A stretch of DNA of 64,000 nt. It comes from Sminthopsis crassicaudata. Taxonomy: Eukaryota. A model generated the notes under the pieces. That model was not told where the DNA came from and ran no database searches. It was given only the letters and a program-made list of their open reading frames with translations. The stretch spans positions 90,573,148-90,637,147 of the forward strand of contig NC_133621.1 of assembly GCF_048593235.1 (NCBI RefSeq), given 5' to 3'. Each line of letters starts with the position of its first letter. The first letter of the stretch is position 1. Positions 25,346 through 37,900 of the stretch are shown piece after piece. Made by a program: the position numbers and the translations under genes.

Positions 25346-25795
25346 GCAGGTTTCGCTTTTTCAGGAACAAAAGCACTGTGTAACGGGTGGGAGGCTATGT
25401 GTGCAGATTCTGCCCCAGGGTCAGTGCTTTTCACACGTCCTTTTTTTGCTTATAAAATATACTCCACCGGACCCTCATACTCCTGTCTGAACAACTGGGT
25501 ATACAATGCCTGAAACAATGAACCTCAGCCCCGTCCCTTCTCTAACAGCTGTCCAGATGTGCATATGGAGGCTGCAAAGGCTGCCTTTGGTCCATGAAGG
25601 AGAGAGAGCCTGCTTTGGGAGTGTGGAGCCACCTACCACCTAGGGAGAGGGAATAAGGTACCATTTCTGTTTCTGAGTTTCTTATTAAAGACTTGGCTAA
25701 TGGGATGGATGATTTCTGGGAGCCTGATCTCTCATCATTCTTCCCCTTCCCCCAGTGAAGCATGGAACCAGGGGAGATGTGGGGGCCCAAAGCAC

Positions 25796-25801
25796 TTTAC
25801 T
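25796..25801 (-). terminator. SLC4A2: Putative SLC4A2 poly(A) signal, variant AGTAAA
   Basis: TTTACT on the plus strand, about 135 nt past the stop codon. No AATAAA seen on the minus strand between it and the stop. Confidence 0.55.
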
Positions 25802-25936
25802 GCCAGGGGAGGACTTTAAATTATTCACTTAAATAAAAATGAGGGGTAGGAGGATGAAGGAGGATGCGCCCCCCCCCCCCAGGCCCCCAGGCCCTCTGTC
25901 CATCTGTCCCTCGGTCTCATCCCTCCATCCAGCAGC

Positions 25937-28900
25937 CTACACCGGCATGGGCATCTCGTTATACTCATCCACGCCCTCCCTCTCATCGAACACCGGCTCC
26001 GCCTCATTAGCATCCAACTGTGGAAAAGGGAAACTGACGTCAGGGGAAGGAAGCAATGCTTCAAGGTAGACATTTTTCAACAATTCAGTTGTGAGGGGGC
26101 GTGGAAGTGCAAGTTAAAAAAAGGCTAGAGGCTTGTGGAGAGGAAGGAATTAGGGAGGCTGGGGAGCAGGCCTTACGCATTTCATCTCCCTCTCTGTGAA
26201 GATTCGTGTGAGCAGCACCATCCGGAGCGGCACAGTGAGGATGAGGATGAAAGGGAAGGCGAGGGAGGCGGCCGTGGACATGACAGCCCAGAGGACGGCC
26301 AGGCACAAGAGCTGCAAGGCTGTGAACAAGTGCATCCGAAGGGTCCGAACCTGTAGAGGACGCAAGCAGGCTTTCTCACTCCGAGAAGCTCCATTCATCT
26401 GCTGGGGGCCGCCCAAGCCCTTGCCCCTGGGAAGCCAAAGCTCAAGAGTGACTGGATATCATCTGAGAATGGGCAAGAGATTGACTTTTTGTGGTGACCT
26501 CAAAATGGTGTGTGTGTGAGGTCATAGAGCCTCCATGACAGAGCTGGGTAGGAAGGGGCCCACCTTCTTGACGTAGGTGACATCAGGGTGGTGCTTAGGT
26601 GGCATAAGCAGCAGGTGCAGCCGTTCGTAGAACTGGATGCCGTTTAGGGAGGTGACGCCCATGTATAGGAAGATCCCAAAGAGCACGGCCAGGGGGATCT
26701 GACGCAGCAGGTCCCCGATCACCATGGAGAGTCCTGGGGAGAAAGGAGAACATACAGGCAACGGGTCGCCACGGCCCCCCACGTCCCAGGCCATCAAAGG
26801 GGAAACCTACCCACGAGCACAGCCACCAGGAGCCCCGTCACCCTCTGCTCCTTGACTTCCTGAATCTTGGGCTTGTCCCCTGGGGCCACAGCTTTGCTCA
26901 TGACGGTGAGGGCATTAGCATGTGTGACAGAGCGGACAGTAGCAGCAGCCAGCCAGGGCAGGCCAAAGAGGGCACAAAGGCCTCCCATGCCCACAATCAG
27001 CAGCAGGTCCAGGTGAAAGCCGGAGCCTTTCTGCAGCATGCGTTCCTTCTTGGAGATGATCAGCCTGAAAGAGCGTGAAGAGCAAGAGGCTCCATGACCA
27101 TGTTCTGTCCCTGGTATGTGATAGGGAGCATCCACCCATCGAAGCACCCGCCTGTCTCCTTCCTTCAAAATATCTCAAAAGCCTGCTCCTTTCCACTTCT
27201 AACATGAACCTCCCCCTAGTGCAGGCTGTTCTCAGGCAGGCCTGGAGCACCAAGTCTCCTAGGGATTCCCCCAATCCATTCCCTCTGCTCTTCCAATCTG
27301 TCCTGCACAGTGCTGCCATGTTAACTGATGAGATCAGCACTGTGAGCACAGACAGATCACTTCTTTGATCTGTTTGAATTTCCTCACCTGTAAAATGGGG
27401 GAAGAGGGTTGGACTGGATTGCTCCTAGTGTTCTTTCTAGCCGCTTTTTTGACATTTTTTACATAATGTCACAATATCCACACCAAAACCTTCAGTAATT
27501 CCCCAGTGCCCAATGGGTGAGGTTCAAAATCATTGCTCTGGTACTTGGAGCTTCTATAACTTGGCTTCAGTCTAACTGCGGAATCTCATCTGCTAATCTC
27601 CACAGATAGCACTCCATTCAGAACTATCCCAAACTGTGCAGGTACTTGTTCCCACAGGAATCCTCCAAATTCAGACTCACGTTGTGATCTGAGTCTCCAT
27701 GAAGATGAGGATGAACACAAGGATGGCAGGCAGAAAGCTGGCAATCATCATCCAAACAGGAAAGTCCCCATTTGTGCCCAGAGGATGGATGATCCAGCCC
27801 CGTTTTTCAGGAGCTGTCACTGAGAATCCACTGGGAACACTCAGCTTCTGCAAAGGCAGAGGTCAAGGGCCGTGAGGAGTTTACAAGAGATTGACCAACA
27901 CCAATAGTCTGTTGTGCTCAAAAGAAAAGTGAATACTAAGCAAAAATAATCAGTTTTAACAGAAAATAGGGAGTGGGAAGGTTACAGGGCAAGGGGAATT
28001 AGAGATCTTAAGACGTCAGAGATTGGAGAAATGACCTTCAGTCTCTGGATACTTTTAGTAGAGCATGGATATATATGCCCATCCATCTCGCCTCTCACCT
28101 GGGTGTAGGTGTCTTCAACACTGTAATCCACCAGCACCATGATGAGAATTGCAATGGGAACCCCAAAGTCTCCAATCACTCTTCGGATCTGGATGGGGAA
28201 GTGTTAGAGGCTCAGTAAACATTAAAAAAAAAAACAACCCTCTATTTAATGTGCTTCTAGAAAAAGGCAAATCATCTCTATCTCACAGAGCCACATACCC
28301 TTCCAGGGAAGAATCTGCTGTTCTTGAACTTTCGAAGGAAGAAGGCAATGAAGAAGGTCCCAGCCATGAGCACTAGGGACAGCAGAGCTGTATTGGGCTG
28401 ACCTTGCAGTTTCCGTCCCTCCTTCTTACTAGATGTACTGTCATTTCTCAGCACTACCATGACATCTGTCCATGTGTTATTCTCTACTTGTGCTGACTCA
28501 GAGCCATTTGGGACAATGCAGCCATGGAGTGGGTGTTCGTGGAAGATCTGGGAAGATGGAAGGGGAAAAAATTTAAGCAAGCCACCCTACCCTTGTTTAC
28601 TTAATATCTTATTCTATCTCCAGGACAGTTGGTTAGGGAAGATTAGCATATACAGAAAGTAGAGGGCAGATTATGATCAACAGATAAGAGTTAAGATCTA
28701 TGGAAGGTAGAGAAAAGTGGAGATGAGTATAAACCAAAGTTGTTCAAAGGCTTCATGGAAAAAATGGGATTTAGAATACTCAATTCAATTTTAAGAAATA
28801 CTAGATTTAGAACAAGAGGGTTAAGTGCCACAACAGTCCTCCTTCTCAGAAAGAGTATACTGACTAATAGGAAATAATACAATATATACTCAAACTATAA

Positions 28901-31900
28901 CACAAAAGGGAAAAATTGTTTAAAAGACATACAAAGTAGTGTTAAAATTTAGGGAGATCATTTATTTCTGGCTGGGACAGAAGGGTAACATGGGTTTAAT
29001 GGAAAGGACATTTGAGCTGGGCTCTAGAGGATGCTTATGACTAAGGAAAGGAGAGAAAGGAAAATTTCCAAATAAAGGATTGGGTGAGTGTTATGGCCTC
29101 TGCAGCTATTCTTTAGGTTTGCCAAATATCCACATTTCTGCCTACTTTACAACCCCTGTTTTGTCTTTGCTTTCTTTCCTACCCAGCCTTTACCCAACAA
29201 TCATCCATTTTAACTTTGCTCTTTCCTCCAACCTTTGAATCCTTTGTTTCTTTGTTTTTCTGTTGGGCCCTCCCCTGTTAAACAAGGAACTCCAGGATCA
29301 CCCTCACCATTCACCTTCTCTGCTCCTACTCCTAACTGTGCTAACTTGGTCCATTAGGAATTCATGTTGTCTGAAGAGGCCCTCAGATCACCCCCAGTCA
29401 AAATCAGTTCTCTCTTACTCTCATTAGTCATGGCCACTCCTAATTTTCAAACCCTGTTTTGTAACAGAAATCATGGAAGTTATGTACTAAATCCACTGAT
29501 CTCTATCCAGTCATCATTCTCCTTGACCTCTGCAATATCTGACCTGGTTAAACATTCTTTGCTTCCTTTGGCTTTCTGGGAATGAATTCTCTTGGTTCTC
29601 CCTGCTTGTTCCCTTTCCTCTTCCCTAAATGCACTTTTGTACCCTGACTGCATCCCTATCCTTCTCTCTTTACATCATTACCTATACATTATGTCTTTAA
29701 TTATTACTTCTATACAGGTGCTTTCCAAATCTGTCTCCAGGCCTAAGTCCTCTTCTAAGCTCCAGCCTGTACATCTTCACTTTGAGGTTCTGCCATTTCC
29801 TCAAACTTAAAATCTCCAAACTGAAACTCATTCCTCACCCATCATCCCAGTCTCCCAGGTTGTTCTTCCCTTTCTCTTCTCCCTACATTCATCTCATTAC
29901 CAAGTACACCCAATTGTAATTATACATTTTTACCATCCAGGTTCAAATCTTCCTTGCCCACGATCTAAACTTTTATTAGAACCTCGTAACTTGTGTCCAA
30001 GTAATCTTTCTTATCGCACAGGCTTATTTCACTTCCTTGCTCAAAAACCTTTAATGGCTTCCTCCTAATAAAGATGGCCTGTCCTCTTAGCTTCAGCCTG
30101 CCTTTCCAACTTTACTAGAGACTGCTTCCTTTGATAAATGTTACAGCCATCTTCTCTGTGTGTTTTGTGCTGGACTACCACAGAGACAGAGATTGAAGGA
30201 CCAAGTCACTTAGGGAATAGATAGATTTCCATGGGGAACTGGCCCCTTCCCACTAACACAACCTGAAAGATCTCCACTGAAAAGGGAGCTGCTCACCTTG
30301 ATCAGCTTGAAGAAGGTCTCATAAATGAAAATGAGGGAGATGAGGAAAGCAAAGATCTCCTGGGTGAATCGGGAGACGAAGCGGACGAGGAAGCTGCCCT
30401 CTAGTGCCACCATCAACAGAGCCAGGAGCACCAGCCAAAAGCCGATCCACACTCGACCCACCAGGTACTCCAGGCCATTGGAGCGGCAAAACTGGGCAAG
30501 GGAGAAAGGAGGGGGTTGTAGCTCAAGCCCAGGTTAGGGGAGCTGCCAGGGAGAGAGCTCCTCTTGATCCCCATGATGTTTGCTAGCCTCATTCCCCATA
30601 TTTGGCAGATAAGGAAACCAAAGCTCCAGGATATTGAGTGACTGCCCAGAGTCTCGGAGCTTTGAGGTCTGAGGCAGAATTCCACTCTAGGTCTTTCTCA
30701 TTGCAAGTCCAGCTGTCACCTCCCAGAGAGCAGGTAAGCAGTCAGTCCCTAGTGGTGAGCTTCTCGGCCCTGTCACCATACACCCCGCCACCACCCGAGA
30801 GCCTCTAATCAGCTTACTGAGAAGAAGGCTTCCTCAAAGACCAGCAGGGGCCCAGAAAAGCCAATGATGAGCAAAGGCTGGGCGCCCAGAAGGCAGAAGA
30901 TCACCCCCTGGAGAGCTGTGGCCATGATCAGCTCGGACACACCGATGAGATCCTCTGTCTTTTCTCCTGAGATGGGAAGAGATGCAAGTGCTAGCAAAGT
31001 CCCCTCATGGTCAAGGCCCAGGGATTCTACTTTCTCACGCCCTTCTGGCCCCACTGCCCTCGTGCCCCAACTCACCAAGTAGACCCCCAAAGGTGATGGC
31101 AGGGGACAGGGCAGCAAAGTAGATGAAGATGACAGCTGCCAAACACTGGGGGTCTAGCGCATCTCGGAAGTCACTCAGGTAGTGAGGATAACGCCGCCGC
31201 ACATCCCGAATCAGCCCTCCGAAGGGTCGGCCCGTGCGCCGAAGAGGATCATCATCGTCCCCTCCCCCAGCTGCTTCCGCCATCTGTAGGAGCGCTGCAA
31301 CCCCGGCCTCCGTCAGGGAAACCTCCCTCCCAAGTGGGTCCCCCAGATTCTGATCTCCCACGAATTCCCTCTGCTGAAGCAGAACCTTTACACTGTAAAG
31401 CTCCAGAGCCGCTCCCCTGCCCTGCCCACCATGTCCTCCAGCCATCCTCCTTCCAAACCAACTCCAGACACCGGCACCAGAACTCTGCCCTTCCCTAAGT
31501 CGGCACGCTGGCCCCATCTTCCCTACCTTATAGAAACATCTCCATCTACTGCCCACCCTCCCCCAGCCCAGCGCACGGCCCCGTACCCTTGTCCTGGGGG
31601 GATTTGGGCTCCAGCCCTGCACCCGTGGGCAACAGCCGGCCCTGCTCCTCGCGCTTCTTGAGCATCTGCCGCTGGAAGTGGGCAACAGACCGGAGGAGCT
31701 CCTCGCCCTGCACCTCGGAAGGGGGCAGCACCACGCTGCAGTCCAAGAAGGCGTTGATGGCAGTCAGCAGGTCTTCCCTCTCGTCTGCCAGGTAGGCCGC
31801 TTCATGGAATTGCTGCCAGGGCAGGGGAGAGCACACACAGAAAAGCGGTGCATCAGCTGAGCACAGAGCTCCACGAGACCACCCAACCCTTCTATGATCA

Positions 31901-34900
31901 GCCAGTGGGCATGAGGCAAAGGACAGGCCAGCCCAGCTGGGACGTCAGCCACTTGAGCAGCGATTGGGTCTGAGTCACCTGGGCACTGCCCGATGTTCTG
32001 ACCACGAGTATTCATTAACTGAAGGTACCCTCTGGGGGCCAGAGGTGGGCCTGCAAAGGCTCTACTGCGGGAGGGATGTGGAGGAGCAGACAGGCTGACC
32101 TTGTCGGACATGAGGGTGGAGATGGAGCGGCCAATCTCGTGGTAGTCCATGTTGGCACTGCTTGGACCCAGGAGCAGGAAGAGGAAGCGCACGGGAACAG
32201 GCACTTCGAGGACGGCGTCCAGTTCAGCGGCCTCCCGCAACCTCACAAAGGCCATGGTGGGGCGCGACAGGAACTCTACACAGCCTAGAGTAAGGGCAAA
32301 GGGCAGAGAAAGCTGGCTCCTAGGTTTGAAGGAGCTAGGGCAAGTTCCCCTAGTCTGGGGGATGGGAGGGAATCTTGGCAAAAAACAAGGGAACTTGGTC
32401 CCCAGAAAGAGAGAATAATTCCTCAGTTCATAGAACAGACAATCATTATACTAATAGAGTACTCCAGCTGACAGAAGTAGCAGCTACATGCATTATCATT
32501 CTTATTTTATAAATGAGGAAGTTGATGTCAGGGGAAGTCCAGTGATTTACCAAGCTCACGAGAGACACGGTGGGGACCCCTAGTCCCAACCCAATCCCTG
32601 ATGATTACGTGGGGAGGGAGAAGAACAAAGTAGGGGTTGGGAAAGAAGGTCTGTGAGGATGAAGAAGGTCAAAAGGGAAGGAAGAGAGGCCTAAGGGAAA
32701 AGCTTGAGGGAGGATGTATCTGCCCAGAATGAGAAGAAAAAGGGGCTGATCAAAAAAAAGGAGAAAAAGATCTATTTGTACAAGGGTACTTATAATACCT
32801 CTTTTTGTGATGGCCAAGAACTGAAAACTGAGGGGATGCCCATCAATTGGAGAACAGCTAAATGAATTATGGTGTATTATTGTATTGTGCTATAAGAGAT
32901 GATGAGCAGGCTGATATGAACTGATGCAAAGTGAAGCAGAACCAGAAGAACACTGTATATAGTAACAGCGATATTGTACAATGAAGTACTCTGAATAACT
33001 TAGCTGTTCTCAGCAATACGACAATCTGAGACAACCCCAAAAAGTTTATGATGAAAAATGCTATGTGTCTCCGGAGGAATAACTGAAGGAGTCTGAATAC
33101 AGATGAAAGCATGCTATTGAAAAGTTAATAATTGATTTTAAATATAACTGGTGAAAATAATTAAAAAAAAAAAATAAGTGAAAGAGAAGTTAGTTCCTGC
33201 ATTAGTATTCAGAGCCATAGTTAGGAACCAGTAACTAACTTCATTTAGACTAAGAGCACAGAAGTTATCAGGAAAAGCAGGTGAAAGAGGAAACATCCTA
33301 CTTCCCTAAATTGTCCCTAAATCACAGCCTTGTTACCCACCCTCCCTGAACCAAGCTTAAAGCCCTCGTACCCACGAGCACCACAGTGGCCTCTGCGTTC
33401 TCAGGAATTTTTTCCAGCAGCTTCAGCTCATGTTTGGACTTGGACCGAGTTATCCCTGCAGGAGGGGCAGCAGGAGGCAGCTCCCGCTGGAATGGAAGAA
33501 GAGAGGGATACCTTAGTCCATCTACCTCCCCACAACATCACCCAAAACTCAAGCATTCTCCTGAATATCCCTGTGAAGTAAACAGATGTAAGCTGTCCCT
33601 GTTTGATGGATGAGGAGACTGAGACCCAGAAGTGGTTGTTGCTGTTCTTAATAACTACAATAATTACCAACACACTCTGGTATCATTTCAATCCCAACAA
33701 TCCCCAAGAGGAATAAAGTATTACTACCACTACCACTTAACCGAGAAGCCAACTGATAACAAGGAAAGACAGAATGACTCATCCAGCGTCACCCATCTGT
33801 GGGGAGGGCATAGCTGGCCTTGGGGCTCTGTGCAGAAAGCACTGGTGGGAGTCAGAAAGGCCTGAAGTCACATTCACGTTAACAAGATGTGGGACGATGG
33901 CCAAGGCCTTTAAGTTTTCTGTGCCTCAATGTCCTTGATGAGAAAATGGAGATGATCTTACCATTCTTCCAAGAGGCCAGCAGACAGAAGGCGTTCTGCC
34001 GTGCTAACCATATCACACCATCACTTTAACACGTCTCCCCCTCCTCTTCCTCCTCACCTCTTTCTCTACCTCCAGGCGGGCCTCAGGAACGCCCCCAATC
34101 AGAGGTTCGGTGACATGGGGATCACTCTCAGCTCCCTGGACATGGTGATGCCCAAGCAGGGACCCCAGTGAGCCGGCAGAAATGTTCCGGGGAAAGGAGA
34201 AATCTTTCTCATCACTTGGGTGGCTGAGAGAGAGAGAGAAGTAAAGAGATAAGGAAACGAAGGAGGCCATGGATGTGGAAGGAGGAAGGGGAACCTTGGC
34301 TAGGGTGACTGTGCAGAAAGGAACATTTCCTGTACAGAGTGTGGATCCCTGGTTTTCAGTGGCAGTCTCCATAATGTACACAGATGAAAGGAATAGATTT
34401 CTTTGGGGGAAGGGGGACAAGAGTCAGAGGGAACCTCTATAGAAAGACAGTAGGGAAAGAAGTACTTTTACGACTAGGGGACAGAAAGCTGCTTACCTGT
34501 GTTTCAGAAGCAGGGCCCGAAGCACATTGGCTCGGTCCTCAGCCTTGATCTGATCAGAGATGACCATTTGTTCTACCACCTGGTGTGCCACCCCTGGCAG
34601 TGTCTGCTGATCCAGGTCTAGGAGGACCGCCCCTAGGAGTGCAAAAGGGGAGATGGGGAGAAAGAAATATAATAACCCCCTTTGGGTTGGATGGCCAAGA
34701 GTACAGGCAGGAGCAGCAAGAAACTGGGGCCTGGGATGAAATGTTCCAAAGGTGCGCCTAATTACTGAGGCCTGGGGACGATGAAAAAGACAGCGGTCAT
34801 CTTAGTGAAAAGTCTTTGAACTCAGAGGCCAGAGTTAGTCTAGGCCTACTTCTGCCACTGACTGACAGTGATCTGAAACTAAGCGGTTTAACTGCGCCAA

Positions 34901-37900
34901 ACTTCAGTTAACTCACTTTGCCACAAATAAGCTCTGCAACACTTATAGATTTGTTGTGAAAATTGCCCAAGAAAAGTAGGATAGAATCTCAGTGTTGCAA
35001 AGGACATTTGTGAGGTCATCTTATCCAGCTTCCTAACTGGCAGGAATCTTCATTATGATATTCAGCCTTAAGCATCCTTGATAAAGCTTTACCAGGACTG
35101 AAGAGCTCACTACTTTTGTGTCTAGTGCTCAAATATTTTATGACAGTTTTCCAGGTAACAGTCCACAGTTCCCTATAATTGATTCTTATATGTCTGTTTC
35201 CAGAACTGGTCCTGGACATATAAATTTCATAAGATTCAAGTGTCTTAAAAATTTAAAAAAAAAAAAAAAAGAACAAATTCAAAGACTTACCATCCCCTTA
35301 ACTGCATGCACTAAGATCAGACACAATATATGATCACCCTAGAACAACATTCTTGGCGTAGTTGGGGAATACAAAATTTTACAGATGGTACTTATCTAAA
35401 AAACCTCACTATCTATATCCTAGTTAGTTAAGAATCAGAAGTAGACAAAATCCTCAGAAATCAAAAACTTAATATACTTTTCAACCTTTACTCTGAACCT
35501 ACTTTCTCTATATTCCCATTACACAGATTGTTTTCCTAGTTCTCTTTTCAGTTGGTATAAGCGGTCTGTCCAGGTTTTTTTGAGACTGTCCATTTTTCCT
35601 ATATCACAAATTCCAACTTTTGGCTCCCACAAAAAAGAGCTGCTATAAATATCTTTGTTCACCTAAGTCCTTTTCCTTTTTTTGGTTTCTTTGGGGGTAA
35701 AAACCTAGTAGAGTATGCAAAGCATACTACATTTTGGAGCATAATTCCAAATTAATTTCCAGCATAGCTAGACTAATTCACAACTCTGCCAACAGTATAT
35801 TAGTATACTTATTTTCTCAACTCCTCAAAATATGTAATTTTCTTTTTTTGCTGAGGGAGTTGCCATGGGTCACACAGCTAGGAAGTGTTAAGTGTCTTAG
35901 ATCGGATTTGAACACAGGTCTTCCTGACTTCAGGGTTAGTGCTCTATCTACTTTGACACCTAGCTGCCTCATGTCATTTTCTTTATCATTAATGCTGATC
36001 TAATATGCTGAAGGTGGAAACTCAAGTTTACATTAATTTGCATTTTTCTAATTATTAGATTAAATAACAAAGTATTTTCATATAGTTATTGACACTTAGG
36101 GTCTCTTTCTTTTCCAAGATGCCTGTTTATAACCTTGAACCATTAATCTAATGAGAGAATGACTTTTGTCTTATAAATTTGAATCAGCGTTTTATAAATC
36201 TCAGATATGACTTTTGTCAAAGACACATGCTACAAAGATTTTTCCCAGTTTCCTGTTTCCCCTTTTAAACTTAAATGAATTAGATTTTGTTTGTCAAAAT
36301 TTTTAAATTTTATTAGGTCAAAATTGCCTATTTCACTTGTGTGATGCTCTCTATCATTTATTTAGTTAAAAACTCTTCCCTATCCATACATCTGAAAGGT
36401 AAATTCTTTCTTGTTCTTCTAATTTATGTGATCTCTTATATTTTAGGTCATATACCTATCCATTTGAAGTTTATAATGGTATTTGGTATGTGGTATGCTA
36501 ATTCCTACCAGACTATATAGTGAGAGTTTCCCCTAGTATCTGGACTGGATTTATTTTAAAAATCATTTTACTGTTTCCACTGATCAACTTTTTTTAGGCT
36601 CTTTCTGCTGGGTTTTGTTGATAATTTATAGGAATTCTGATGGTTTATGTATATTTATTTATATCCTGCAACTCTTCCAAGGTTACCTTCTCAATTTGTT
36701 TAGTTGACTCTCCAGGGTTCTCTTATCTGTTTAATTTCCTGCAATCTTAACAGGCTTAAGTCACCTGATTTTCAGGTCCAAAGCAAATCAGAAAGTGGGC
36801 ATATAAAGACAAGCACCCTCAAAGCAACAAGGACAGCCAACAACCAAAGGTCCAGAAACCTAGGAGCCATTTAGTATAGTATGGGATTGTAAAGCAGATT
36901 TACAACAAATGTTCACAATTATGATTGAGTTATCAAGAAAATATTAAATTATGTTTCATAGTCTCCATTTAAGAAGGCAAGGGAGTTTAGAAAAAAAATC
37001 TTCACTAAAATGGTTAAATATGGTTTGTTGTTTAGTCTTCAAGTGATAAAGCACAGCCTGTTCCATGACAGCGGCTATCAGATAAGTGAAGTGTTACTGT
37101 ATCATTAGTATTCCATACCCGGAAACAAACAAATAGAAATACATGAAAAACAGAAAAACGGATGACTAGAGTTGTAGATATCACAAATATGGATGTCACA
37201 ACACAACAGGTATGTCACAACCTAAGCTGTCTGCTGACATCCTGCACAGTATGTTACAGCCACAGAGGAGAGTTGCTGGGGGCTGGGTTTTGGGAATGGG
37301 TGGGAAGGCCGGTCAGTAATGCACAAAGTACCACCAATGCCAACGGCGCAGGCTGGGGAGACTAGTAAAGAGCATTACCGTGAGCCAGGGTTCTCCGAAG
37401 TTCTAGGAGGCTTCGGAAGGAGAGCGAGGCAACGTGGGGCTTTCCCCATCTGTCAGTCTCCTCTTCCACATCCTCCTCAAATTTGATCCAGCGAGCGGTC
37501 TCTCTCCACTGAGGCTCCTGGTTCTTGTCCAGCAAGAGCTCATTCAGCTCCACAAACACCTGGGAGAGAGGAGAGGCTGGAGATCCAGCAGGGATGGTGG
37601 CGAGGAGATTCTGTGTAATGGGTTTGGGGGGCATGGGGTTAAGAAGCCTGCTGTTGTCTTTACCTTTATGTTGGGGATGAGATGCGGTGCGGTAGAAAGA
37701 AAACTAGGTTGGAAAGCCTGCACCCAGACCCAGTCTGGGCTTAGAGGAAGGCCTCTTGGGCCCTCCAGTGGTATCTGCTCTGCTTACTAACACTAAGGAG
37801 GTGGGAGCATCAGGTGTGCTTTGAAAAATTAAACATGGAAGGAATAAATGATTTTTGGAGAAGAGGCGGGGTGCGTCACCTCATGGGGCTGGTGCGGAGG

